Below, piece by piece: positions 38,670 to 49,016 of a stretch of DNA of 64,000 nt. How positions within the stretch are numbered: the first letter of the stretch is position 1; each line of letters starts with the position of its first letter. The stretch is taken from contig CAWEYL010000007.1 in the NCBI GenBank assembly GCA_963813335.1, positions 1 to 64,000 on the forward strand. The letters run 5' to 3'. This DNA is from an uncultured Chloroflexia bacterium (GTDB taxonomy: Bacteria; Chloroflexota; Limnocylindria; Limnocylindrales; CSP1-4). A program made the translations under genes and the position numbers. The notes under the pieces were generated by a model. That model was not told the origin of the DNA. It did no database searches and was given only the letters and a program-made list of their open reading frames with translations.

Positions 38670-39041
38670 ATGCTCGACCGCGTCCGCGAGATGCCCGGCG
38701 GCATCCGCCTGTTCCTCGCCTACGCCTTCCTGATCCTCGCCGGGATCGGGCTCAGCCTGCGCTTCGTGATCGACCAGGCGATCAGCGCCCCGGTCAGCCT
38801 GCCCGGGGTGGTGGTGATGGTCCTGCTCGCCTATACGATCTTCACGACCACGCTCGTGCTCCAGCGGAAGCAGGCCGCGCGGAATCTCGCGCTCGGGCTG
38901 GCGAGCCTGACGGTGCCGCTGATCCCGCTGCTGCTGCTGAGCGGCCTGGTCCCGCAGACCATCTTCGTGACCGCGCTGTCCATCCTGCTGTTCCGCGGCC
39001 TCCTCCGACCCGAGGTCCAGGCCTACCTCAACGAGGCCTGA
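38670..39041 (+). CDS. Small four-TM membrane protein
   Basis: Four hydrophobic segments, RPEVQAYL tail; TACGAT -10 element 8 nt upstream. Confidence 0.75.
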   Translation: MLDRVREMPGGIRLFLAYAFLILAGIGLSLRFVIDQAISAPVSLPGVVVMVLLAYTIFTTTLVLQRKQAARNLALGLASLTVPLIPLLLLSGLVPQTIFVTALSILLFRGLLRPEVQAYLNEA

Positions 39042-39136
39042 ACGGCCCGATGGGGTACCCTCTCGGCGCGCGGCCACCGTCGCCGCCGGGTCCAGCGAGA
39101 TCCCGCGACCCTTCCGACCGCACCTGAGGCATCCAC

Positions 39137-40192
39137 GTGAGCAAGGCTTCCCGCCGGCGTCAGCAACCCGGCACCCGACCGGCCACCGGCACGTCCCCCG
39201 CGCCTGGCACGATCCCGGCAGCGGCGACCTCGACGGGGACGGCCCCGTCCGGCGCGTCGGCCGCCGCGCCGTCCGCCGCCGCGGGCTCGGGTACCACCTC
39301 GCGGACGAGCGGCCAGACGACCAGGACCAGCCAGGGGCCCGGCGGCACGAGCCGGACCGGCCGCCGACCCACGTCGCGGACCTACCGCCAGCAGCAGCGG
39401 TCCTTCGCCGAGCGCTACCGCGGCTTGATCATCGCGGTCGCGGCGCTCGCCGGTGTCGCCCTGATCGGGCTCTTCGTCTTCGCCTCGGCGTCCGCCCCCG
39501 CCTACGCCTGCTCGACGCTCTTCGACCCGGCGCCGACGGCCAGCCCGGCAGCCGGCGCGACGCCGAACTGGGGCTACCCGCAGGACGACATGGGCAGGAG
39601 CCATCTCGCGGCGGGGACCAAGGTCACCTACACGTATTGCCCGCCCGCCAGTGGCAACCACTACAACGCCTCCGGCCTCGGACCGATCCAGCCACGGGTC
39701 TACGGACCCAACGACAAGACCATCCCGCAAGGCTGGATCCACAACCTGGAGCACGGGGCGCTGGTGCTGCTGTACCGCGGGGACAGCTCGGGCGCGACCC
39801 CGGAGGGCCAGCAGGCGCTCAAGGACTTCTTCTCGGTCTTCCCGGCCAGCCCGGTCTGCCAGGTCCCGCCGGGCACCACGGTCGGGCCAGTGTTCACGCG
39901 CTTCGACAGCATGAAGACGCCGTTCGCGGCCCTCGTCTGGGACCGCGTCCTGCCCCTGCAGGACCTGGACAAGGACGCGATCACCGCGTTCTACGCGCAG
40001 TGGGGCGAGCAGCTCAACCCGGAACCCCAGTGCACCCAGCCCAGCCCGAGTGCCAGCCCCGGCGCGAGCTCGAGCGCGAGCCCCGGCGCGAGCTCGAGCG
40101 CGAGCCCATCCGCCAGTCCGGCCGGCAGCCCGTCGGCGAGCCCGTCCGCGAACCCCAGCGCGAGCGCAGCGGCGTCCGCCAGCCCGAGCTGA
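39137..40192 (+). CDS. DUF3105 domain membrane-anchored protein
   Basis: [12 protein letters not shown] and IHNLEHGA motifs; single TM; Ser/Ala/Pro-rich tail. Confidence 0.85.
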   Translation: MSKASRRRQQPGTRPATGTSPAPGTIPAAATSTGTAPSGASAAAPSAAAGSGTTSRTSGQTTRTSQGPGGTSRTGRRPTSRTYRQQQRSFAERYRGLIIAVAALAGVALIGLFVFASASAPAYACSTLFDPAPTASPAAGATPNWGYPQDDMGRSHLAAGTKVTYTYCPPASGNHYNASGLGPIQPRVYGPNDKTIPQGWIHNLEHGALVLLYRGDSSGATPEGQQALKDFFSVFPASPVCQVPPGTTVGPVFTRFDSMKTPFAALVWDRVLPLQDLDKDAITAFYAQWGEQLNPEPQCTQPSPSASPGASSSASPGASSSASPSASPAGSPSASPSANPSASAAASASPS

Positions 40193-40202
40193 CCGGCACG
40201 CC

Positions 40203-41228
40203 ATGCTGGCCCTGGTCAAGCCCGAGGCGGGACCGGGGCTCGTCCTGCGCGAGGTCCCGGAACCCACGATCGGGATCAACGACGTCCTGATCCGCGTCCA
40301 CAAGACGGGGATCTGCGGCACGGACCTGCACATCGAGTCGTGGGACCCGTGGGCGGCGAAGACCATCCACCCGCCGCTGATCGTCGGCCACGAGTTCGTC
40401 GGCGAGATCGTGGACGTCGGGTCCAACGTGGTGGACTTCCACGCCGGCGACCTCGTCAGCGGCGAGGGCCACGTGGTCTGCGGGCGCTGCCGCCACTGCC
40501 TCGCCGGACGGCGCCACCTGTGCGCCAACACCATCGGCCTGGGCGTCGGCCGCGACGGCGCCTTCGCGGAGTTCGTCGCCCTGCCGATGACCAACATCTG
40601 GCACCACTGGTCCGGCATCGACGAGGAGATCGCGGCGATCTTCGACCCGTTCGGCAACGCGGTCCATACCGCGCTCGCGTTCCCCGTCCTCGGCGAGGAC
40701 GTGCTGATCTCGGGGGCCGGACCCATCGGCCTGATGGCGACCGCGATCGTCCGCCACGCCGGGGCGCGCCACATCGTCGTGAGCGAACCGAACGCCTACC
40801 GGCGCGACCTCGCGATGCGGATGGGCGCGTCGCTGGCCATCGACCCGCGCGAGCGCGACCTCGCGCGACGTCTTCGGCGAGCTCGACATGGTCGAGGGCT
40901 ACGATGTCGCGCTCGAGATGTCGGGCAACGCGTCCGCGCTCCGCGGCGCCATCTCGGCCATGGCCCACGGCGGGGCGATCGCCCTCCTCGGCATCCCGAC
41001 CGGCGAGATCCCGCTCGACATCAACGAGGTCGTCTTCAAGTCGCTGACGCTGCGCGGCATCTACGGCCGCGAGATGTACGAGACCTGGTACAAGATGACG
41101 GTCATGCTCCAGTCCGGGCTGGACATCCGGCCGGCCATCACCCATCGCTTCGGCTTCCGCGAGTTCGAGGCGGCCTTCGCCGCGGCCCGCCACGGCGATT
41201 CCGGCAAGGTCGTGATGGACTGGACCGC

Positions 41229-41232
<4 letters not shown>
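40203..41232 (+). CDS. tdh: L-threonine 3-dehydrogenase; one apparent +1 frameshift near 40865
   Basis: [29 protein letters not shown] and [11 protein letters not shown]; the C-terminus [14 protein letters not shown] lies in the shifted frame. Confidence 0.95.
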
Positions 41233-42454
<1,222 letters not shown>

Positions 42455-42458
<4 letters not shown>

Positions 42459-43286
42459 CCGAGGACCGTCGCGGCCGCCACCTGCCGCTGGACGCGCACC
42501 TCCACACGGACCTGTCGCCTGACAGCGACGTCCCGATCGACGTCTACGCCCAGCAGGCAGCCGAGCTGGGCATCCGCGAGCTGGCGATCACCGACCACCT
42601 CGACTTCGAGCCCGGGGCGCCGGCCTTCGGCTACTCGACCTTCGCCGACCGCGAGCGCGTCGTCCGCGACGCCGCCGAGCGCTGGGGCCCGCTGGGGGTC
42701 ACGATCCGGTTCGGGATCGAGCTGACCTACGACCGGTCGTGGGAGGCGGACATCCGCGATCACCTGCGCCGGCACGCGCTACGACTTCACCATCGGCTCG
42801 GTCCACGACCGGGTCCGTTCGCCGTATCACGCCGCCAACGTCGCGGGCTGGGTCGCCGGCCGGCCGCTGGCGGAGATCGTGGCACCCGCATTCGACGAGG
42901 TCGAGGCGGCCGCTCGCTCGGGGCTCTTCGACACCATCGGGCACATCGACGTCGTCAAGCGCTACCTCCATCCGCACGTCCTCCCGGAGCGGTTCACCGA
43001 GCAGCCCGAGCTGTACGAGCCGATCCTGCGGGCGCTCCTCGAGAGCGGTACCGCGCTCGAGGTCAACACCAGCGGCCTCCGCCACGGGCCGGCCGAGACG
43101 TATCCGTCGGCGGCCGTCGTGGCCCGCTTCCGCGAGCTCGGCGGGGTGCGGGTCACGATCGGGTCGGACGCCCATCGCGCGAAGCACTTCGCGTGGGCCC
43201 TCGGCGACGGATACGACATCGCGCGATCGGCCGGCTTCGAGCGCATCGCCTTCCGCGACGAGGAACGAGCCCTTCCGCCACGCTAG
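42455..43286 (+). CDS. PHP-family histidinol-phosphatase-like protein (HisK/HisJ); apparent +1 frameshift near 42778
   Basis: DAHLHT, ITDH, GIE, GSVH, GHID, EVNTSG and GSDAH. Confidence 0.85.
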
Positions 43287-43296
43287 GCTACGGACC

Positions 43297-44061
43297 GTGG
43301 ACCTGACCGTCGTCGGCGCCGGACCCTCCTACACCGATCGCCCTGGCGCGACCGGTGCGGCGTATCTCCTGACGCTCGACGGCCACAGCCTCCTGCTCGA
43401 CCTGGGCCAGGGCTCGTTCACGCGGCTGGCTGGCCTGCTGGACCCGGCCACGCTCGACGCCGTCCTCGTGAGCCACCTCCACCCCGACCACTTCATCGAC
43501 CTGGTCCCGCTCCGCATCTACCTGCGCTGGGAGCCGCCGCGCGGCCGGCGGGTGCGGGTCGCCGGACCCGCCGGGCTGGCGGACCGGCTCGATGCCCTGC
43601 ATGCCGAGCCAGGGTTCACGGCCGCGGCGCTCGACGTGGAGACGCTTGCCGAGGGGACGTTCACGGTCGGCGGGCCGGGCGGCTTCGTGGTCGAGGCCCG
43701 CTTCGTCAGGCACGACGGTCCGAGCTTCGGCTTCCGTGCGACGCGGGCGGACGGCACGGGTCCGGGGCTCGTCTACTCGGGCGACTGCGGGCGCGCGGCG
43801 GACCTCGAGCCGCTGATCCGCCCGGGCGACGTGCTGCTCAGCGAAGTCAGCTTCGGGCCCGGGCCGGTCCCGGCCGACGCGCAGCACCTCGATGGGCCGA
43901 TCGTGGGCGACCTCGCGGCGCGGACCAGCGCGGGCCGCGTGCTGCTGACGCACCTGCAGATGGGCTTCGACCGCGATGCGACCGTCGCCTCGGTCCGCTT
44001 GCGCTACGACGGGCCGGTCGAGCTGGTCGATCCGGGCATGCGCTTCACCCTCGGCACCTGA
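43297..44061 (+). CDS. MBL-fold metallo-hydrolase (RNase Z/BN-like)
   Basis: LLDLG.G, SHLHPDH, YSGDC and LLTH. Confidence 0.88.
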   Translation: MDLTVVGAGPSYTDRPGATGAAYLLTLDGHSLLLDLGQGSFTRLAGLLDPATLDAVLVSHLHPDHFIDLVPLRIYLRWEPPRGRRVRVAGPAGLADRLDALHAEPGFTAAALDVETLAEGTFTVGGPGGFVVEARFVRHDGPSFGFRATRADGTGPGLVYSGDCGRAADLEPLIRPGDVLLSEVSFGPGPVPADAQHLDGPIVGDLAARTSAGRVLLTHLQMGFDRDATVASVRLRYDGPVELVDPGMRFTLGT

Positions 44062-44065
44062 ATCG

Positions 44066-44095
44066 AACGGACCGGGCCCGAAGGCCCGGTCCGTT
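44066..44095. terminator. Perfect 13-bp hairpin between convergent genes
   Basis: AACGGACCGGGCC-CGAA-GGCCCGGTCCGTT. Confidence 0.75.
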
Positions 44096-44139
44096 GCCGT
44101 TCACGCTGTGGGGGTCGGCCGTCGGCCGACACCGTTGGC

Positions 44140-44730
44140 TCAGTCGCGGTCGCCCTTGCGAACGCGCTTCGGGGTCAGGAACAGGATGCCCGCGCTCAGG
44201 CTGCTGATGAGCAGGAGCACGAGGGCCCAGCTGCTGCCGGTCGACGACTGGGTCGCGCCCAGGGTGTCGGTCGGCGGGAGGGTCGGGTTGTTCGGGCCGG
44301 AGGTCGCAGCGTCGACCTCGCCGGGGGGCGTGACGCACTGGCCCTGTTCGTTCGGGACCTGGGGCGCTGTGCATTCGGGCCCGGTGGGCTGCGAGGGCTC
44401 GGTGCTCGACGTGGGCTCCGTGCTCGCGGTCGGCTCGGTGCTGGCCGTGGGCTCCGTGCTGGCGGTCGGCTCGGTGCTCGACGTGGGTTCGGTGCTGGCG
44501 GTCGGCTCGGTGCTGGCCGTGGGCTCGGTGCTCGCGGTCGGCTCGGTGCTGGCGGTCGGCTCCGTGCTCTGGGACGGCTCCGTGCTCTGGGACGGCTCCG
44601 TCGACGGATGTGGGTGGTTATGCGCCGCGACCGACGTCGGGACGGCGAGTGCCGCCAGGACCAGCATCGGGATGGCCAACCATGTGAGTCTGCGGGTCGC
44701 GGTGCCCCGCCCGGCGCGTGATCGGTTCAT
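44140..44730 (-). CDS. Secreted STEPTA-repeat protein with C-terminal LPPTD motif, TM helix and basic tail
   Basis: Signal peptide ending SVAA; 12 hexapeptide repeats; PTLPPTDT, WALVLLLISSLSAGILFL, PKRVRK. Confidence 0.8.
   Translation of the reverse strand: MNRSRAGRGTATRRLTWLAIPMLVLAALAVPTSVAAHNHPHPSTEPSQSTEPSQSTEPTASTEPTASTEPTASTEPTASTEPTSSTEPTASTEPTASTEPTASTEPTSSTEPSQPTGPECTAPQVPNEQGQCVTPPGEVDAATSGPNNPTLPPTDTLGATQSSTGSSWALVLLLISSLSAGILFLTPKRVRKGDRD
44389..44604 (-). repeat. 18-bp coding tandem repeat, 12 copies (STEP-TA/TS/SQ)
   Basis: Degenerate GGCTC(G/C)GTGCT units at an 18-bp period on the plus strand. Confidence 0.9.
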
Positions 44731-45022
44731 CGATCATTTCCCCAAAAGGGAGGCACGCTGGCCTCGGATGAATGGTTTGCCGAACGGTGAGGGCGACGAT
44801 CCCCGATGCCCTGCCTCCGACCGAGGCTGATGTTGTCAGGGCGGCTAGTACTCGTCCAGTACCGCCGGATGAACCTGACCGCACCAGTCCATCGCGGACT
44901 GTACCAGAACCCAGTCACGTACCGGTGCACGCCGACACCGAGGGTCCTGCCCGCGGCAGTACCAAGGTCCCGACCCCGTGTCGGCGGGCGGTGCACTGGT
45001 TCGCGCGGCTACCATTCGCGCC

Positions 45023-46729
45023 GTGACCGACGCACCCGGCGATCCCCTCGCCTCCTCGATCCGCGCTCGTGCCCGGGCCGAGATCGGCCGCGCCTGGGAG
45101 GCCGCCGTCGCCGACGGCTCGCTGCCCGCCCTCCCGCCGGACGCTCCGCCCGTGGCGATCGAGGTCGAGCGGCCGTCGAACCCGGACCACGGCGACCTGG
45201 CCACCAACCTCGCGATGAAGCTGGCCCGGCCCTCCCGGATGGCACCGCTCGCGATCGCGACGGCACTCGCGGCCGCGGTCGAGCGCGGCGCGACGGCCGA
45301 CCCGACGACGGCGACCATCTCCGGCGCGACCGTGGCCGCGCCCGGGTTCCTGAACCTTCGTCTGGCCGACGCCGCGCTCGAGCGGATGGTGGCGGGGATC
45401 CTCGCCGAGCCCGCCCGCTGGGGCCGGCTCTCGGCTGCGACCCCGCGCGCCGTGAACGTCGAGTTCGTCTCGGCCAACCCGACCGGCCCGCTCCACGTGG
45501 GGAACGCCCGGGGCGCGTTCATCGGCGACCTGCTCAGCCGGGTGTTGGAGGCCGGCGGCCAGCAGGTCACACGCGAGTACTACTTCAACGATTCGGGCGG
45601 GCAGATCCGCAACCTCGGGGCGTCCGTGGCCGCCCTGCGGCGGGGCGACCCGGTCCCGGACGACGGCTACAAGGGCGACTACGTCCACGACCTGGTCGGC
45701 GAGCTGCCGGACGATGTGTGGGCTGCCGCCACCGCCCCCGGCGCCGACGCCGACGGGATCGTCGGGCACTGGGCGGCCGGCCGCGTGCGCGAGGGCATCG
45801 AGGAGAGCCTGACCGCGCTCGGCGTCCGCTTCGATGTCTGGACCAGCGAGGCCCGGCTGCACGACGAGGGCTGGGTCGGGCGCGCGGTCGAGCGCCTCCG
45901 CGAGCGCGGCCACGTCTACGAGTCCGAGGGCGCGGTCTGGTTCCGCTCGACCGACTTCGGCGACGACAAGGACCGGGTGATCTTCCGCTCCAACGGCGAG
46001 CCGACCTACTTCGCCGCCGACATCGGCTACGTGACCGAGAAGTTCAGCCGCGGCTTCGACCACCTGGTCTACATCTGGGGCGCGGACCACCACGGGACCG
46101 TCGCCCGCGTCCGGAACGCCGCCGAGGCGATGGGCTACGAGCGCGAGGCGGTCGAGATGAAGCTCTACTCGTGGGTCCGCTTCGTGCGCGACGGCGAGGA
46201 GGTCTCGATGTCGAAGCGGGCCGGCGAGTTCATCACGCTCGACGACCTGCTGGCCGAGGTGGGGGTCGACGCGGCGCGCTGGTTCTTCGCCTCACGCGCG
46301 GCCACCACCGGGATCGACTTCGACATCGAGCTGGCGAAGAAGCAGTCGAACGAGAACCCCGTCTACTACGTCCAGTACGCCCACGCCCGGATCGCCTCGA
46401 TCGTGCGCAAGGCCGCCGAAGCCGGCCTGGCGCCAGCGGCCACCGTGGACGGCCTGCTGGTCGGGGCGCCGGAGGCCGCGCTCGTGCGCGCCATCGCCCG
46501 CTTCCCGGATGTCGTCGAGGACGCCGTGGCGCTCGAGGAGACGCAGGGCGTCACCGCCTACGCGACCGACCTGGCGACGACCTTCCACGGCTTCTACCGC
46601 GACGCGCGGGTCGTCGATGCCGCGGAACCGGAACGCTCGGCCGGCCGCCTCGCACTGGCGCGCGCGGCCCAGGTCACCCTCGCGAACGCGCTCGGTCTGC
46701 TCGGGATCTCCGCGCCCGAGTCGATGTAG
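45023..46729 (+). CDS. argS: Arginine--tRNA ligase
   Basis: HGDLATN, VEFVSANPTGPLHVGNAR, GADHHG, MSKRAG and NPVYYVQYAHAR. Confidence 0.97.
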   Translation: MTDAPGDPLASSIRARARAEIGRAWEAAVADGSLPALPPDAPPVAIEVERPSNPDHGDLATNLAMKLARPSRMAPLAIATALAAAVERGATADPTTATISGATVAAPGFLNLRLADAALERMVAGILAEPARWGRLSAATPRAVNVEFVSANPTGPLHVGNARGAFIGDLLSRVLEAGGQQVTREYYFNDSGGQIRNLGASVAALRRGDPVPDDGYKGDYVHDLVGELPDDVWAAATAPGADADGIVGHWAAGRVREGIEESLTALGVRFDVWTSEARLHDEGWVGRAVERLRERGHVYESEGAVWFRSTDFGDDKDRVIFRSNGEPTYFAADIGYVTEKFSRGFDHLVYIWGADHHGTVARVRNAAEAMGYEREAVEMKLYSWVRFVRDGEEVSMSKRAGEFITLDDLLAEVGVDAARWFFASRAATTGIDFDIELAKKQSNENPVYYVQYAHARIASIVRKAAEAGLAPAATVDGLLVGAPEAALVRAIARFPDVVEDAVALEETQGVTAYATDLATTFHGFYRDARVVDAAEPERSAGRLALARAAQVTLANALGLLGISAPESM

Positions 46730-46738
46730 CCGAGGGCG

Positions 46739-48031
46739 CTAGCCGGCCAGGCCCAGGACCCCGGCGACGCGCGACATCGTGGCGGCGTCGCTTGCGACGA
46801 GCACCCAGCGGACCTTGCCGCCCTCGCCGGGGAGGACCTGGGCGATCCCCTGCGCCTTGGCCAATGCGGTCGTCGCGGCCGTCTCGAAGTCGGCCGCGTC
46901 CGCGGTCGTGTCCCAGGCGGTCTTGATCGCGACGGCCCAGGCATCGCCCGGCCCGTCGATCACCGCGAGGCGGTCGCCGCCCCAGCCCGCCGCCGCCGCG
47001 TCGGCGTCCGCCTTCGGGACGCCGGAGACGCGCAGCCAGATGCCGTCCTGGAGCTCGCCGAACGAATCGGTCATCGGGACCGTCCAGCCCTTCCCGAGGC
47101 GAGCCGCGATATCGGTCGGCAGCCCGACATCGACCGGGCCCTCGTTGGCCGTGTACTTCTCGGGATGGAGGATCTGCTCGGTCGACTCGGGCATCCGGGC
47201 GTAGAAGTCATCGACGGCGGTCCAGCCGCCGGACAGCTGCGCCGCCTGGACGTAGAACGCGCCGGTCGTGTACGGGTAGGTCAGGGTCTCGGTCATGATC
47301 GGCGGCAGCCTGGCGAGCAGCGCCTGGGTCGCCGGGTCGTTGCCCGCCTTGGCGTACTCGCCCAGCTCGGCCGGGGTCAGGTTGGCCACGGCCCAGTACG
47401 ACATCACGACCGTGGCGTCGCCCTCGAAGATGGCCTGCCGCGCGAGGAACCAGTCGCTCTGGTCCTTCACGCCCTTCTGGTCCTTGAAGACCGTGAAGTT
47501 CTGGTCCTGGAGCGCGTGGGTGTACTCGTGGGCGTAGGTGACCTGCTCGGCCGGGCCGACCCCGCCGGACCGCGAGACCACGAACATCTTGCCCTGGTCG
47601 TCGTCGTAGAACCCGGCCACACCGGCGCCGAGCATCTCGAGGGTCAGCGCGTCGAGGTCCGCGTCCGCGGGCAGCAGGCCGAGCGCCTTGTAGAGCTGCT
47701 CATTCGCGGCCACGATCTCGGGCGGGGTCTGCTTGGCCTGCTCCGCGGCGAGCATCGTCTTGAGCGTGGCCTCGTCGATCACCTCGCGCTCGACCTTGTG
47801 CTTGGCCTGGAGCTCGCGCAGCGTGGCGACCTGGCCCTCGATCTCGTCGAACGTGGCGTTCGCGTCCTGGCTCGCACCGGCCGATGGCGACGCGCCGGAC
47901 GGAGTGGCCGATGGGGCGACGGACGGAGCGACCATCGGCGAGGGGCTCACCGCGGCGGGGTCGCACGCCGCGACCAGCGCAGCGAGCGCGACCACGAGGA
48001 CGACGGAGCGAGTGGCGGAGGGTCGAGACAT
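46739..48031 (-). CDS. Lipoprotein with zincin metallopeptidase motif
   Basis: Lipobox VAAC; AHEYTHALQDQ (HExxH), EGDA, PESTEQILHPEKY and AAAGWGGDR. Confidence 0.8.
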   Translation of the reverse strand: MSRPSATRSVVLVVALAALVAACDPAAVSPSPMVAPSVAPSATPSGASPSAGASQDANATFDEIEGQVATLRELQAKHKVEREVIDEATLKTMLAAEQAKQTPPEIVAANEQLYKALGLLPADADLDALTLEMLGAGVAGFYDDDQGKMFVVSRSGGVGPAEQVTYAHEYTHALQDQNFTVFKDQKGVKDQSDWFLARQAIFEGDATVVMSYWAVANLTPAELGEYAKAGNDPATQALLARLPPIMTETLTYPYTTGAFYVQAAQLSGGWTAVDDFYARMPESTEQILHPEKYTANEGPVDVGLPTDIAARLGKGWTVPMTDSFGELQDGIWLRVSGVPKADADAAAAGWGGDRLAVIDGPGDAWAVAIKTAWDTTADAADFETAATTALAKAQGIAQVLPGEGGKVRWVLVASDAATMSRVAGVLGLAG

Positions 48032-48186
48032 CGCGGCATTCTCGCACGCGGTGGCGTTCGACCCGGATGACGCGATGGTCCTGCCGGCCGAGGCGGCGGG
48101 CCTCGTGGCCCGGACCGCGACCCCACGTGTCGCTTTCTTAACCGGTTGGCCCCTCGATGCTGAATCAGCCCGGCCTAGCGTAGTGA

Positions 48187-48262
48187 TCGGACGAACCCAC
48201 AAGGTTCCATCCTCCCTCCCTCCGACCGGGGGCGCCGATTGGGCAGGCGCCTCCGGTCTTTC
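48187..48262 (+). ncRNA. Candidate small RNA with anti-SD tract and intrinsic terminator
   Basis: TAGCGT -10 at 48176-48181; hairpin GAACC/GGTTC; CATCCTCCCTCCCTCC; hairpin 48224-48258 followed by TTT. Confidence 0.5.
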
Positions 48263-48323
48263 CATGTCCGGGCCATCCCCGATCCGCGAGCCGCCGTGCA
48301 GGGCGCTGTGTCAGAATCGGGGC

Positions 48324-48998
48324 ATGGAGATCACCTGGTACGGACGGAGCTGCGTCCGCCTGCGCGGCCGCGACGCGGTGGTCGTCGCCGACCCCTACCA
48401 ATCGGTCGTCGGTCCGACCGGCCGAGGCATCACGGCCGACATCGTCACCTTCAGCCACCCTGACGACACGAAGCTGCCGCGGGCCAAGGGCAAGCACTCG
48501 CGCGACGGGCACACGCTGCTGCCATCCAGCCTGGACGCCGCATTCGTGCTCGACGGTCCGGGTGAGTACGAGGTCAAGGAGGTCCTGCTGACCGGCGTCC
48601 GCACCTATCGCGATGACGCGAAGGGCGCGGAATCCGGCAAGCAGGTCGCATTCGTGGTCGAGCTCGACGGGCTGCACACGATCCATCTCGGCGACATCGG
48701 CCATCTCCTCTCGGAGGAGAAGCTCGGCGACATCGGCTCGGTGGACATCGCCTGCGTGCCGCTCGGCGGCGCGCTGAGCCCGACCCGCGCGGCGGCGATC
48801 GTGGCCCAGCTCGATCCGAGCATCGTCGTGCCCATGCCGCTCTGCGACGACGACGCCGACTGCGCCGAGGCACTCGCCAAGTTCTTCCACGAGATGGGCG
48901 CGGAGCCGACGACGCAGCCGAAGCTGTCGGTCAGCTTCTCCACGCTCCCCGCCGAGACCGCGGTCGTCCTGCTCGAGTCGCGCGGCAAGCAGGTCTGA
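48324..48998 (+). CDS. MBL-fold protein (Lactamase_B_3-like), metal motif partly degenerate
   Basis: MEITWYG.SC, DPY, DIVTFSH, GPGEYEV, HLGD.GH and VVPM. Confidence 0.85.
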   Translation: MEITWYGRSCVRLRGRDAVVVADPYQSVVGPTGRGITADIVTFSHPDDTKLPRAKGKHSRDGHTLLPSSLDAAFVLDGPGEYEVKEVLLTGVRTYRDDAKGAESGKQVAFVVELDGLHTIHLGDIGHLLSEEKLGDIGSVDIACVPLGGALSPTRAAAIVAQLDPSIVVPMPLCDDDADCAEALAKFFHEMGAEPTTQPKLSVSFSTLPAETAVVLLESRGKQV

Positions 48999-49016
48999 GC
49001 CGCCGGTCGAGCGGGC

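Noticed and set aside
44770-44781. GGCAAACCATTC on the minus strand looks like the start of a c-di-GMP-I riboswitch
   Set aside because: The required GNRA-capped stem and the downstream GACGCAAAGC segment are absent
44921-45022. Hairpin upstream of argS as a possible T-box
   Set aside because: No T-box GGTGGNACC consensus, and a -10 hexamer 7 nt before the GTG suggests argS is leaderless
48159-48166. GCTGAATC resembles the 5' motif of the c-di-AMP (ydaO) riboswitch
   Set aside because: The other conserved segments (GGGGA, GGGGTGAATC and pseudoknot partners) are missing
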